In this document: in pieces, positions 10,499-21,186 of the stretch
How positions within the stretch are numbered: position 1 is the first letter of the stretch
How the letters are laid out: every line of letters begins with the position of its first letter
Made by a program: the position numbers and the translations under genes
DNA from: a virus
IMG/VR virus record: IMGVR_UViG_3300033491_000001
Strand: one strand, 5' to 3'
Length of the DNA stretch: 64,000 bases
Notes under the pieces: model-generated
Seen by the model: only the letters and a program-made list of their open reading frames with translations
Told to the model about the DNA's origin: nothing
Database searches by the model: none

Positions 10499-13400
10499 TT
10501 AGAAAATCGTCCTGTATGTAAACCCAGCAAGCGTTCGCTGCGCTTGCTGGAGTGCTTGCTGAATTCCGACTGAGACATCTTGAGCCGAAACATGGATGGT
10601 GAAGTTGAGCGTCGAAACGCCACCGAGCGCTCCTGTTCGCATGAACGCCCAAAGTGCCGGTCCTTCGGTGATCAGGAACTGAGAAAGTCGCTCTAGGATC
10701 GCATAAAGCGACAGACTGACAAGCTCTGTGCGGATGTTCCGAAGTTTCTGCTCGATGTCATCGAGCGATTTCGCGACTTGCAACTGCGCTTGGAGCAGTT
10801 CAAGCCAAACCTTAGTCCCAAATGGAACGAAGGACATTAATTCTCCAAGTTGCTGCAGCCTACCAAGATAGAATTGACGCAACCAGTTAAGAAGGTCGAG
10901 AAATTGAGTCCTCGCTTGATCCATAGACATCGCAACAAATGAAGGTAAGTAACCTCGTTCAATCCACGAACCAATTGTATCTGCAAGGTCACGGAAGTAA
11001 TTGACTAAGTCTTCTGGCTCAGGGAAAAGGACACGCCAGACATTCATGATTTCTCGCTCTGTTCTCAACCTCGCAATGAATGCATCCCAACCTCTTCTGA
11101 AGCTCAATAGAAGCCGTTGCGTGAATAATTGCCTGAGCCTATCAAGCCCAGTTGCAAGCATTACTGGCATCATCCTGACTCGGCTTACTAAATCCGACAT
11201 ATACTCTGTCCCAAGCTCGCTGAAAATGTCTCGTAACTCTCTGAAAGCAGCACCAATGCCTGCAATGGCGACTCTGAGGTCAAGACTAAGCCTCAACGCT
11301 TGCGCGAGCGATTCGTAACCTCGCTGCATGTATGTCGCTGCTTGCTGCGTCAGTCGCCCTGTTCGGGCGACGATCTGCATCGCCGCGGTCATGTATCGCG
11401 CATACCGCTGCATGGCAAACCCTGCAGCTTGACTTCGAGCGACAGTAGAACTGTAAGCATCTCCGAGTTCTTCGAACTGATCAGCAAGCGACGAAGTAAG
11501 TGACTGCAAATTCTCAAGCGTTGCAGGCATTGTCAATGGTCTTCTCCTAAGTTGTTGCCATGCCCAATCCCAAGCTCGTTGCTGGGCAATAATTGGATGG
11601 ACTCCAAGCCTTACCATCATCAGATACCGCAGTTGCGCTTCCTGCATGACGGTCTGGTGGTATCTGCTTTCAGCTTCGAGTGCACGGTCGACTGCAAACC
11701 TAAGCGAATCATAGCTGTCTATGACGGACTCAATTGCGTCCTCCATCGCTTCGAATCGCGATTTCGCAACTTCTTCCCTCATCTGCCTTATCCTGCCAAG
11801 TTGTTCAAGCACTTCTCGCCCGAGCTTTGCCAGTTCTGACCTGACTTCGGCAAGAGCCTCCGGAGTCGTAGCCATGAAGTTCTCTGAAGTCAATAATTGC
11901 TGCAGTCGTTGAATGTGGACGCGGATGTTCTTTGCATCTTCGCCGACAAGTTCAAATGCGTCTGCCAGCTTCTCCAGCGCTTCTTTAGGTCTAAGAGCAG
12001 GGCGTCCGAGAATTTCGAGAACATTCATGAATGCCGCAGACAAGTTGTTCGCGGCATCGACTGCTTCTCTTGTCAAATCTCCAGTCAAATCAGACATAAA
12101 ATCGCTCCATGCTTGTTGTGCTTCTGCTAATGCCCTGAACGGAGCAGTTAGCGCCTCAAACTGCGCACGCGCAAGTGCAAGAAGTCGCTCTCTTACTTCC
12201 CGTGGGTCAAGGAGCTCTATCGCTCGGCGATGAAGTTCTGTAAGCCTTTCGTTCAGGTCATTGAGTTGCTCTCTAATTGGGTCAAACACACTTGCCTTTA
12301 ACTGATCGGCGTTCATGACAGACGCAAGTTCCTGCATCGCTTGCAGGAACTTTTCGCGATTTTCTGTTGGAGCTTTGAGGACTGCATCGAGAATGTTCCC
12401 AAATTTTTGACCAGTATTGATCGCGTTATTGAGCCATTCAATAAGCGAGTGGAATGCAACGCGCTGCTCTGGAGGTAATGATTGCAGTTGGTCTCTGATT
12501 TGTCTGAAGTTGCTCAAAATTGAATTAACACTTGGACCAATTCTGAGCAACTGCGTTTCAAGTTCAGGTGTAACTCGCACCCATGGTTTGTCGGGTCTGT
12601 ACACGGTTTCCCACGCTGACAAACTGAGATTACGAAGTTCCTTTGCAGCATCAGCGATTTCCGCTGCAGGAACTCTCATTGTCTCGCTTAGAGCGAGAAT
12701 TGCCTGTAACCTGTTGCTGACTTTGTTAAACTGTTCGAGATTGATGTAAAGGTCTTCAAGCGATGACCTGTAGAAAACTGCAAGTTCGCCAATCTGATCC
12801 CACTCTCGCCCAATTCCGGGCGGAGCGACCATCGGTCCTTCTGCACGCGCAGCTCCGAGCATAGACTGCAGTTCCGACAATTTCCCAGCAATTTGATTAC
12901 GAAGACCTATCAACTGAGTCGTCTGACTCGCAATAGTGTCGTGAATTGAGGCAAACGCGACCGATAATGCGTCTGTCGAACTTTCGATTGAAGCCTTCAT
13001 TTCGCGCGCAGCGAGTTCCTGTTCAGCGCTCCATGCATCCCATTGACTTTTCCAGTAATCAACGAGACGACGCCATGCAGACTTGATTTCGCCAAAGAAA
13101 TTGCGACTAAGTAATCCCTTAATTGGAGCGATTAAAATCATGTCGATGATGCCGTAGATCGTCCGAGGAATCATTCCAAACACGAATCTTCGGAAGAAGC
13201 TCAGAATTCCCTTCACTTTGAGTATCTGTCGCTCGCCCAAGCCAAGCACTCTTCCAATGTCTTCAACTGGAATTGCGTCAGTCAAAAGGGCAAGGAACAC
13301 TCCAGCAAGCCACATCCTGAACCCGATCGACAAGATTCTCCCTAATCGCTGCCACGCTCCAGCAATTCGAATTCGCCGGAAGATGTCTATGCCGATCGTC

Positions 13401-16400
13401 AATTGTGGAAGTTTCGCTAATTGCGCTGTTAGTGGCGCAAATGCCTGTTGCAAGTCTGACCCGAGTTTCCTGAGCCGTCTCCGGATAGTCTCAAGGGCTC
13501 GCGTGACTGCACCAGGAACATACATGAATGGAACACCGAAGACAGCATGCAGTCCACTCAGAATTGAAAGCAGTGCAGATCTGAGCCATGGAGCCAGAAA
13601 TCGACCGATCCGAAGTAGCGTTGGTCGTCTCTGCAGCCACAACACTATATTTCGAGCGCGTGTGCCGAACCATCTGATCAGGTTCACAAATCCGCCAACG
13701 ACATCGGACAGAAACTGACCAACCCGCGACAGTAGTCGACCAAGCCAGGTTGGCTCGGTAAGTTGCTTTGACGATTCGATGGCTTCATCTAACCGTTTAC
13801 CGAGGGCTGCTTGTTCGGCTAAAGCTTGCACAAGACCAGCAGTAAGCATTTGAACTACTTGCGATGCTTGCTCTTCAGTCAAACCAAGGGCAATGAGATT
13901 ATCATACAGTCCAGAAACGCCCTGCCTTCCGAAGAATGCCATTAGCCCTCTATGCACTCCGAACACTGACCGCGCGATGTTTCTGAACTGTTGGATTAAG
14001 ACATCACTGTTGGGAAGTTGCGCTAGCTGCGCTTCGACAGTCTTGACGAATGCAGCCGAATCTCGCAGCAGCCCACCAATGAGGTCTGGCATGTCCATTC
14101 CAAGATTGAGGAGCGCCTCTCGAAGCTCTGCCATCCCGCCACTCCTGAACTTTCGAATCGCCTTGAACAAGTCAAGAAGAGCCTGTCTCGGTCTACCACG
14201 AATCTGTTTGAGTTGTGCAAGTGCTCCTTGAATCTCTGTAGTAGCAGCGATACCAAGCATCATGCCAAGTTGCTGTTGCAGTTTCGGAATTTGAGCCATC
14301 TCCTCTGGTGTCGCAATGCCGAGGAATCGTCTGGCTCGTAACTTTGCAAGTTGGTCTGAAATTCGCTTGATAATGGAACGCATGTCACGCCTTCCGGGAA
14401 TAACCTGAACCGCAGAAGCAAGGCCAAGACCGAACCTAAAAGACGCAGAAATTAAGTCGGAGACGCCGGAGAAGTAGATCGAAACTTCGTCGGTGAGTCT
14501 TTCAAAGAACCGCCTGAACCTATCAACCCGATTAGGAAGCCGCCTCGTGGCTAAACCGACGATCGCTCCGAGGTTAAACTGCATCGTCTCTAAAAGCGCA
14601 TCTGCTGGAAGAGACAGCGTTCCCATAAACAATGCACGAAGCATCGGAGGAAGATTGGATGACCTCATTACGCTCTGAACCTTGCGCTGATATTCTGCAA
14701 GAAAAGGCAAAGCCTCGATGTCCGCAGCATTAACCGCTTCTTGAACTGCTTTGTAGGTCTGATTAGCCAGTTGAAAGAATTGTTGAAGTGTCAAGTCAGG
14801 TGCGATGCGACGAAAATGCGAAAGCACCTCTGCAGCGCGACCAGAGATCCGCGCTGCATGCATTAGTTCCGGTCTTCGCATGAAGAACGAGAAAATTTGC
14901 TGCTTTACTGCATCCTCCATCTGAGCACTAATTTCATCAAACTTTCTCAGGAACAAAGACGCAGCACGAGCCCTATCCTGCAAAGTCATCTGGAAACCAA
15001 GCATCTGCAGTTCGGAAGCAGTCAAAATCTCGTCTTGGATTGCAATGCCTTGCGAAATCGCCGACTTTACTTTCGCCCAGAACTGTTCGAAGTCGCCCTT
15101 AAACTCTGTTTCCTTGATGACCTTGAACAAGCGAGGCTTCAGCGCCGTCTTGAGCGCTGCAACTGTCTGAGGTTGTAGTTGAACTTGCGCAACAGCATTG
15201 ATGAGCGCATCAAGGAGAGCTTCAGGGATGTTTCGGAATGACTCGATCAGATACTGGTAAGCACGATCTTGTAGGTAAGTTACCAAATAGTCTCTGAACC
15301 GCAACGGAGTTGGTCTAACAGGACCAAGTCCAAGCCCGAGGAACAAGAACTGCTGGAGCGGAATTCCAAGCCTCGCTACTGCACCTGCGATTGACCGATG
15401 GCGCATGGCAATTTCCTCTGGCAGAACCTGCAACAACGGCGGTATTCTCCTTGCACGACGCCAGAAAACAAGCGGCTGTGCCATCGCTGATGCCAACTCG
15501 GAAAACCTCAACTCTTGGCTAAGCCAAGTCGCCATGCGCTCCAACCCGCCGGGAAGGAAAAACGCTTTCAAACCTTCAACGAAACCTCGCATCGGAACTC
15601 GAAGCGCTGAAAGCGTCAGATTACCGAGAGATGCTTGGAGCCGATCAATGACCATCAGGAAGTGGCTTCCAATTGTCGACAATTCAAGGAATCGACCTGC
15701 AAGCCACGCAAGACTTGAGATCACAAGCGTGATGCCACCGAATAAAGCACCAAAACCGATGACCATCTTGGAAATGGCACGAAGTAACGGCGAGTCTGAA
15801 ACAGTTCTAACAAGTCCTGCGAAAGCTTCAGCAACAGTAAGTTGAAGCCGAAAGAGAGGTTCAACCATGAGAGTCATAGAATTCCTTATCGTAGCTATTG
15901 CTACGCGGAACCTCTGGGCTGGAGTCTGAGCCAGAGCTCGATATTTCTGCTCGGCGTATGACGCATTTTCACCGTGCTGCCTTAACTCTCTGGCATGCTC
16001 CCGCAGTGCGTCAGTTCCCTGCTGGACAATCGCATAGAACGCTCTCTCCGCACGCTCACCAAGTAGCAACCGAATCGCCAACTCATCAGCGTTCGCAGCA
16101 AGAAGATCAATAATATCTGCAAGATTTTGTGCTGATGGACGAAGTTGATGCCAATCGATGCCAAGTTTCGCAAGCTCTCTTCTTGCTTGCGCTGTCGGCG
16201 CTTCTAACCGAATTAACATCCTCGCTAAGCCAGTTCCTGCAATAGACGCTCTGATCCCTGCATCGTGCAAGAGCATCAGTGCAGCAAAGAGGTCGTGCAG
16301 TGGGACTCCAAGCTGACCAGCGATTGGACCAGCATACTTGATTGCGTGCATGACATCTTCGATGTCCATCAGTGACCGGTCAAGTGCATACGAAAGTTCG

Positions 16401-16933
16401 GAGGTTATCATCCGCGCGAACTGGCGAGTGATCGGCATTCCGAGGTTGCGCATTATAGCGAAGGTCATCCGAACTGTCTCTGCAAGGTCAGCACCTGAAG
16501 TTTCTGCGAGGTTCATTGCCTCTGGAATTAGCGCAGCAGCTTGAGTGATCGTCATACCCGCTCTGGCTGCTTCAAGGAACGCAGCTGCAACTTCTCCGAG
16601 TGATTGTCCATACCTGCGCGAAGCCATCGCTGACTGTTGAAGGATTTCATTCGCAACTGCGGATGTGGCGGCGAACTGACCAGTCGCAACGGCAGCGAGA
16701 GCAGCCATCTGTTGCGCGGAGACTAAGGCAGATGCGAGCTGCTGCGCTCCGACCGCCAGCATACCAAGCGAGAACAAACCCATCGCGCCCATTGCGTAGA
16801 CTTCCGCGGCAGCAGCACGCATCGCCGTGAGCTCGGCAGGAAGTTGCCCGAGCTCACCACGAAGCTGCCTTATCGCAAGCGATGTCTGGTAGTTCGCTGT
16901 GATCAGGAACGGAATTATCAGTTCGCGCGGCAT
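10499..16933 (-). CDS. tail tape measure protein (TP901-like core)
   Basis: 2144 aa, Ala/Leu/Arg-rich and helical. TMP core LSYALDRSLMDIEDVMHAIKYAGPIAGQLGVPLHDLFAALMLLHDAGIRASIAGTGLARML; follows tube and chaperone genes. Confidence 0.95.
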   Translation of the reverse strand: MPRELIIPFLITANYQTSLAIRQLRGELGQLPAELTAMRAAAAEVYAMGAMGLFSLGMLAVGAQQLASALVSAQQMAALAAVATGQFAATSAVANEILQQSAMASRRYGQSLGEVAAAFLEAARAGMTITQAAALIPEAMNLAETSGADLAETVRMTFAIMRNLGMPITRQFARMITSELSYALDRSLMDIEDVMHAIKYAGPIAGQLGVPLHDLFAALMLLHDAGIRASIAGTGLARMLIRLEAPTAQARRELAKLGIDWHQLRPSAQNLADIIDLLAANADELAIRLLLGERAERAFYAIVQQGTDALREHARELRQHGENASYAEQKYRALAQTPAQRFRVAIATIRNSMTLMVEPLFRLQLTVAEAFAGLVRTVSDSPLLRAISKMVIGFGALFGGITLVISSLAWLAGRFLELSTIGSHFLMVIDRLQASLGNLTLSALRVPMRGFVEGLKAFFLPGGLERMATWLSQELRFSELASAMAQPLVFWRRARRIPPLLQVLPEEIAMRHRSIAGAVARLGIPLQQFLFLGLGLGPVRPTPLRFRDYLVTYLQDRAYQYLIESFRNIPEALLDALINAVAQVQLQPQTVAALKTALKPRLFKVIKETEFKGDFEQFWAKVKSAISQGIAIQDEILTASELQMLGFQMTLQDRARAASLFLRKFDEISAQMEDAVKQQIFSFFMRRPELMHAARISGRAAEVLSHFRRIAPDLTLQQFFQLANQTYKAVQEAVNAADIEALPFLAEYQRKVQSVMRSSNLPPMLRALFMGTLSLPADALLETMQFNLGAIVGLATRRLPNRVDRFRRFFERLTDEVSIYFSGVSDLISASFRFGLGLASAVQVIPGRRDMRSIIKRISDQLAKLRARRFLGIATPEEMAQIPKLQQQLGMMLGIAATTEIQGALAQLKQIRGRPRQALLDLFKAIRKFRSGGMAELREALLNLGMDMPDLIGGLLRDSAAFVKTVEAQLAQLPNSDVLIQQFRNIARSVFGVHRGLMAFFGRQGVSGLYDNLIALGLTEEQASQVVQMLTAGLVQALAEQAALGKRLDEAIESSKQLTEPTWLGRLLSRVGQFLSDVVGGFVNLIRWFGTRARNIVLWLQRRPTLLRIGRFLAPWLRSALLSILSGLHAVFGVPFMYVPGAVTRALETIRRRLRKLGSDLQQAFAPLTAQLAKLPQLTIGIDIFRRIRIAGAWQRLGRILSIGFRMWLAGVFLALLTDAIPVEDIGRVLGLGERQILKVKGILSFFRRFVFGMIPRTIYGIIDMILIAPIKGLLSRNFFGEIKSAWRRLVDYWKSQWDAWSAEQELAAREMKASIESSTDALSVAFASIHDTIASQTTQLIGLRNQIAGKLSELQSMLGAARAEGPMVAPPGIGREWDQIGELAVFYRSSLEDLYINLEQFNKVSNRLQAILALSETMRVPAAEIADAAKELRNLSLSAWETVYRPDKPWVRVTPELETQLLRIGPSVNSILSNFRQIRDQLQSLPPEQRVAFHSLIEWLNNAINTGQKFGNILDAVLKAPTENREKFLQAMQELASVMNADQLKASVFDPIREQLNDLNERLTELHRRAIELLDPREVRERLLALARAQFEALTAPFRALAEAQQAWSDFMSDLTGDLTREAVDAANNLSAAFMNVLEILGRPALRPKEALEKLADAFELVGEDAKNIRVHIQRLQQLLTSENFMATTPEALAEVRSELAKLGREVLEQLGRIRQMREEVAKSRFEAMEDAIESVIDSYDSLRFAVDRALEAESRYHQTVMQEAQLRYLMMVRLGVHPIIAQQRAWDWAWQQLRRRPLTMPATLENLQSLTSSLADQFEELGDAYSSTVARSQAAGFAMQRYARYMTAAMQIVARTGRLTQQAATYMQRGYESLAQALRLSLDLRVAIAGIGAAFRELRDIFSELGTEYMSDLVSRVRMMPVMLATGLDRLRQLFTQRLLLSFRRGWDAFIARLRTEREIMNVWRVLFPEPEDLVNYFRDLADTIGSWIERGYLPSFVAMSMDQARTQFLDLLNWLRQFYLGRLQQLGELMSFVPFGTKVWLELLQAQLQVAKSLDDIEQKLRNIRTELVSLSLYAILERLSQFLITEGPALWAFMRTGALGGVSTLNFTIHVSAQDVSVGIQQALQQAQRTLAGFTYRTIF

Positions 16934-16937
16934 AGTC

Positions 16938-17210
16938 CTACCTCCGCGCTCTCGCTTTCTCTAACGCCCATTCTTCTGCTTCATGTCGAAGCTGCTGTGC
17001 GAGAAACCAAACAATTGGATGCCACCTGTCATGGTGCTCCTTATCAAGAACTGCAGCAAGCTCCATGCAAGTGTTGAACATCAGCAAGACCCACTTGAAC
17101 ATCTCATCACTGATCTCCGGGCATCCCAGAACTTCCTTGCTCCAGTAAATCTGTGGAGTTCTGATTAGTGCCCGGAAACAGTTCCAACAACGCATTGACT
17201 CCAGCTGCAA
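16938..17210 (-). CDS. tail assembly chaperone T-like ORF overlapping upstream chaperone
   Basis: Short ORF between chaperone and TMP, overlapping the chaperone 3' end in the +1 frame (G/GT arrangement). Confidence 0.5.
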   Translation of the reverse strand: MQLESMRCWNCFRALIRTPQIYWSKEVLGCPEISDEMFKWVLLMFNTCMELAAVLDKEHHDRWHPIVWFLAQQLRHEAEEWALEKARARR

Positions 17211-17649
17211 CCGCTTGAGTTCTGCCAGAAAGCGTCATCAATGTCGTGATGATCACAGTCATCAGCGCTGGAGTTGCATTGAAAGCGCTGTCGTCAGAGA
17301 ACAAATCCGTTGGAGTTAGATTGATGACTGGCATGTCTGGAAGTGGCTCTGCATTGTAAATTGCCTGCACGAAATTGCCGTCGTCGTCTTCCGCAGGAAG
17401 CCTGAATGCAGTGATGATCGTTGGCAGAGACCTCAACAGACGCTCAGAACTCTCATAACCACCAAGAAACAATTCCGCTGCCATCTGCAGGTCAAGCCGT
17501 TCGGCAAACCTCGGTATTCTGATCTCGATGAAGAACCTTTCATCATCTCCGAAAGGAATCCTGATAGGCGTGCGACGAACGGAACGGATGGCTACTCTAA
17601 GGGCACGAAGCGCTTCTTGACGATCGAAAGATTGCTCCATAACCAACAT
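17107..17649 (-). CDS. tail assembly chaperone (G-like)
   Basis: 180 aa between tail tube and TMP; AGGAGG RBS. Confidence 0.65.
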   Translation of the reverse strand: MLVMEQSFDRQEALRALRVAIRSVRRTPIRIPFGDDERFFIEIRIPRFAERLDLQMAAELFLGGYESSERLLRSLPTIITAFRLPAEDDDGNFVQAIYNAEPLPDMPVINLTPTDLFSDDSAFNATPALMTVIITTLMTLSGRTQAVAAGVNALLELFPGTNQNSTDLLEQGSSGMPGDQ

Positions 17650-17678
17650 CGCCTCCTTAGTCAGCGTTCAATGCGTCA

Positions 17679-18623
17679 TTAACCAGAAACCGTAAAGTTG
17701 TAAGGCGCATAGATAGTTCCAGCGATGATCGGAGCGAGACCTCTGAAGTCGATGGTGACTTGTTCCAGTGAAGTCTTGTCGCCACTGGCGTTAACTTGGA
17801 TTCGCTCTGGATACGCCCTTCGGACAACGAGTTTAGCCTTCTTAGTTCCACGAGCAAGCAAAACTCCAAAAGCAAACTCTGAACCGCTCATAATTTGGAA
17901 GATCTCGTTGTTAACTGGGTTAGGCAAATACATGACCAAGTTTCCAGTCACTCGAACAACCGTAGTCATGACATCAATTGGGCGAATGTCGCCGAATGGG
18001 ATTAGCTCGTTCGCATCAATTGGGTTGAACTCAAGGTTGACCTCAATGGACTGAATGTACTGATTTGCCCAGTGGTTTGTCCCAAATGCGGCATCTGCGA
18101 TGTCTTGAACTCCACCTGCAACAACAGTGCCAAACACTAAAGTTTCTTGACGCACGAATGGTGGAGTTGTTAATGCGATGACTGACGCAGGAGCGCTCGA
18201 CGAGATTGTTGCCATTCGACCTTGAACCGTGAATGTAACCTGAGGCAAGTCTCGTCTGGAGAAAGAGAACCGTGCTCCAGTGACGCGACCATCGGTCAAT
18301 TGCTTTGTGTAGCGGTTACCGATGCCAACGAGAACCGTCACATAAGGCGGTTGCATGTCAGCTCCAAGAGTGAGGACTCCGCCGAGCGTAGAAAGCAAGT
18401 CTGGGTGCAAGTAGACAGGCAAATCACCCTGTGCCCATTCGCCACGCTTAACGCTCCAAACATCAAACCACTGACCATCAGGCAGCTCCGAATACTGGAT
18501 GTCCCATTGAGGCTCAATGCTCTCGCCACCAGCCAGCGGCAACGCAGTCGTGATTGTCGCTGCCGTGCCCTTCGCCGGTTGAACTGCGATCCCAGCGAAT
18601 GAGAAGTTACTGCGAGCATACAT
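17679..18623 (-). CDS. major tail tube protein
   Basis: 314 aa beta-rich, FAGIAVQPAKGT N-terminus, canonical position; GAGGTG RBS. Confidence 0.8.
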   Translation of the reverse strand: MYARSNFSFAGIAVQPAKGTAATITTALPLAGGESIEPQWDIQYSELPDGQWFDVWSVKRGEWAQGDLPVYLHPDLLSTLGGVLTLGADMQPPYVTVLVGIGNRYTKQLTDGRVTGARFSFSRRDLPQVTFTVQGRMATISSSAPASVIALTTPPFVRQETLVFGTVVAGGVQDIADAAFGTNHWANQYIQSIEVNLEFNPIDANELIPFGDIRPIDVMTTVVRVTGNLVMYLPNPVNNEIFQIMSGSEFAFGVLLARGTKKAKLVVRRAYPERIQVNASGDKTSLEQVTIDFRGLAPIIAGTIYAPYNFTVSG

Positions 18624-18747
18624 GTTGTCTCACCTCATGATCGAACTATCGGGCTTCCGGTCTCCTGTTCCAGTTGACAGCTGCCAAGAAATCTGTGCAA
18701 TTCCAGTCGCAGTCGTCTCCTATAAATATTATCACGAACGAATAAAA

Positions 18748-19218
18748 TCAGATAACCTTCCCTCCAAGATAAAGTTCAGCTCCAAACATGACCACTACCG
18801 AGGTGCAGTCTGGTGCTCGTTCAGCGATGATCGACTCAACATCGCTGATGAAGGTAACCCTTGCAGACGGGACAATCCGAACCGAACGACCAGAATCAAG
18901 TTCGATCAAGCAAAGTTCGTGGTTTTCTCCGAACAGGCTCAGCAGAAGAGTCTTAGCGAGTTCAAACTGAACTGTCTGTGGCGGTTTGCCTTTCCTGTCG
19001 ACGACGGCAATGATCTGGACGCCAACGACAAGCCTGTCCAATGGAACGGTTAAGTCATCATGACCGACTTCAGGTATCCCAATTCGTGCGTATGGAGCAG
19101 ATCGTGGCTCTGACCGTGCGTTCAAGTCAGCGATTTCTGGCTCTGTGCCAGTGAACTCTACCAATGCATTTCTGACCCGCTCTTTAATCACCGACAGGAA
19201 CTGTTCCAAGTCTGTCAT
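18748..19218 (-). CDS. tail terminator/completion-like protein
   Basis: ATG at 19218 with GGAGG RBS; position just before the tube gene. Confidence 0.55.
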   Translation of the reverse strand: MTDLEQFLSVIKERVRNALVEFTGTEPEIADLNARSEPRSAPYARIGIPEVGHDDLTVPLDRLVVGVQIIAVVDRKGKPPQTVQFELAKTLLLSLFGENHELCLIELDSGRSVRIVPSARVTFISDVESIIAERAPDCTSVVVMFGAELYLGGKVI

Positions 19219-20864
19219 CACAGTTTCCCTCCAAGTTTGTATCCTGATGCTGCGAAGGTCGATGCCACTCGAGTCCATTCCTTTTCTGCGAGCGTGATGA
19301 ATGCCGTCGCAGCGTTGAACATCTCTGTTTCAAGGAGCTTCTGCCTCTCGGCAATCTTTGCGAGAATTCGCTCGATGTAAAGGGATGCTCGTTGCCCTCT
19401 GACGCTCTTCTTGCGAATCGGGTGCGGTCTTATGGTGATTTGATAAGTCAGAACTTTGCGTTGTCGCTCCCTGATTTTCCTGATCTCGGCGGTGTGGTGA
19501 AGCCTCATAGTGAAGCGCGGGTAACCTGATGGCATCATCACTGGAATGCGAACCTTCCCGAATTCAACTCGCGTTGTGCGCCTTCCTCGTCGATGCACTA
19601 CCCTTCCCTGCTTTGTGATCGAGAATGGATGATACCGTGTCCCGCCAGTCTTGCTAATTGAGATGTGCTGCTCTCCGAGGATGTCTGGTCTCGACCTTGC
19701 TCCGAAGAGCCACTGGACCTTTGACCACCATTCAGGGTCTGGGTCTTTCAGTGTCAGAAACGGAGAGGTTGTCGGCTCGATCGTGCCGTGGAAACCATAC
19801 TGAACGACATGCCAATAAGGCGCTTTCTGTGTGTCGAAGCCCATGAAAGCACCTGCAAACCCTTTCTTGCCAATTATCGGCATGAAAACTGCGTGACCGG
19901 TCATGAGCATCTGTGCCAGTCCCTGACCACCAAGAGACTTGCGACCCATCGGTCTCGCTGGAAACCATCGACTAACAGATGTGGGTTCTACGAAGAAAAT
20001 GTCGTTCACTGCCTTCTTGAACAACATCTCCAACCTACGACTGAGGTATTTGGCGATTATTTGGTGAGCCACTCGTTCGAGTTCTTCGAACCGCAGTGAT
20101 CGCATCCGCCTTGTGTTCTTATCTCGAATTCGGACGCCTTTTGCCGAGATTTCGACCTCGCCAAACAATCCCTCAAGTTGTGCCCTTACAGCCCGACCGT
20201 AGGTCTCATCGTTTGCTAATCCAGCCAGAACTGCCTTTAGAAATGGTCCAACTGCGCCAACAGTTGAGAAATCAACAACGATGGAGAAACTCTCAGGGTC
20301 TGGAAGGCTCAGGGCAACCGGTCGAATCATCTGCAGGAAAGTCGGGATTCTAAATCTCGCACCACGATACATGAACTTTGAACGCTCTGTCTCAATTGCT
20401 CGCCTGAGTTTGTAAGCATGGTCAGCAGCAAGGTGCATTATCCTCTCCGCTGCTCGTTCGATGTCATCGATGTCCGCACCTACAAGCGAGAACAAACGCT
20501 TGAACGCCTCAATTCTGGGCAACGAAGCTCTTAGATCTTGCGCAATCGCCTCTGGTGAGATTCGCAGTAGTTCGAGAATCTGATCAAGCTTGCGTTCGGT
20601 AAGTTGGGTCACCATCGGACGAAAGAAACCGACTACATGACCTGGTGGAAGCCTACCAATGTCGCCAGCACGGAGATAGAACTGGCGAAGTATCGGAAGC
20701 ATAGGAGTTGCAATCTTGCGGAAAGTGTTAGCATACATCGTCCTGACTCTGTGTGCACCAGTGCTTCTTGCATACAAGCCTGACCAGTATTTGTAGAAAA
20801 TTGGCCACTCGGACTGGATTTTCCTTGAAATAACTCTTCGTGCGGGTTTCCGAGGCAAGTTCAT
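19218..20864 (-). CDS. enlarged HK97 gp10-like neck/tail-completion protein
   Basis: Position between head closure and terminator; APYWHVVQYG resembles the gp10 (W/Y)xxxxE(Y/F)G motif; very basic, 548 aa. Confidence 0.45.
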   Translation of the reverse strand: MNLPRKPARRVISRKIQSEWPIFYKYWSGLYARSTGAHRVRTMYANTFRKIATPMLPILRQFYLRAGDIGRLPPGHVVGFFRPMVTQLTERKLDQILELLRISPEAIAQDLRASLPRIEAFKRLFSLVGADIDDIERAAERIMHLAADHAYKLRRAIETERSKFMYRGARFRIPTFLQMIRPVALSLPDPESFSIVVDFSTVGAVGPFLKAVLAGLANDETYGRAVRAQLEGLFGEVEISAKGVRIRDKNTRRMRSLRFEELERVAHQIIAKYLSRRLEMLFKKAVNDIFFVEPTSVSRWFPARPMGRKSLGGQGLAQMLMTGHAVFMPIIGKKGFAGAFMGFDTQKAPYWHVVQYGFHGTIEPTTSPFLTLKDPDPEWWSKVQWLFGARSRPDILGEQHISISKTGGTRYHPFSITKQGRVVHRRGRRTTRVEFGKVRIPVMMPSGYPRFTMRLHHTAEIRKIRERQRKVLTYQITIRPHPIRKKSVRGQRASLYIERILAKIAERQKLLETEMFNAATAFITLAEKEWTRVASTFAASGYKLGGKL

Positions 20865-20871
20865 TCCTCCT

Positions 20872-21186
20872 TCAAGTGACCAATCGCAAATACTGTAGGT
20901 AGATTTCGTAAAGCCAACCTTCTCCGCTTGGGTCTTCTGGCAAAGCAGTTACCTGAAATTCATCGCCCGTGTCAGTTCGGACAATTCTGTCACCCGGCTC
21001 GAACCTGAACGAGCCAATCGCCTCTTTGCGGACATAAAGGACATAATCAGCATCAGACGGGACTAAATAGAACGGACGAGCCATCGTCCGAACGGACTGA
21101 AACCAACCGCGAAATTTCCCTCTCAGGACACCGTCTCTGTAAACTTCGAATTCGTGTCTGTCGATGATCGCAGGGAGCGAAATCAC
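20872..21186 (-). CDS. head closure protein
   Basis: 104 aa; FEPGDRIVRTDTGDEFQVTAL...LYEIYL typical of head-closure proteins; position. Confidence 0.6.
   Translation of the reverse strand: MISLPAIIDRHEFEVYRDGVLRGKFRGWFQSVRTMARPFYLVPSDADYVLYVRKEAIGSFRFEPGDRIVRTDTGDEFQVTALPEDPSGEGWLYEIYLQYLRLVT

Noticed and set aside
11001-16830. Many plus-strand ORFs antisense to the tape measure and other long genes
   Set aside because: Shadow ORFs without RBS, fully overlapping well-supported genes.
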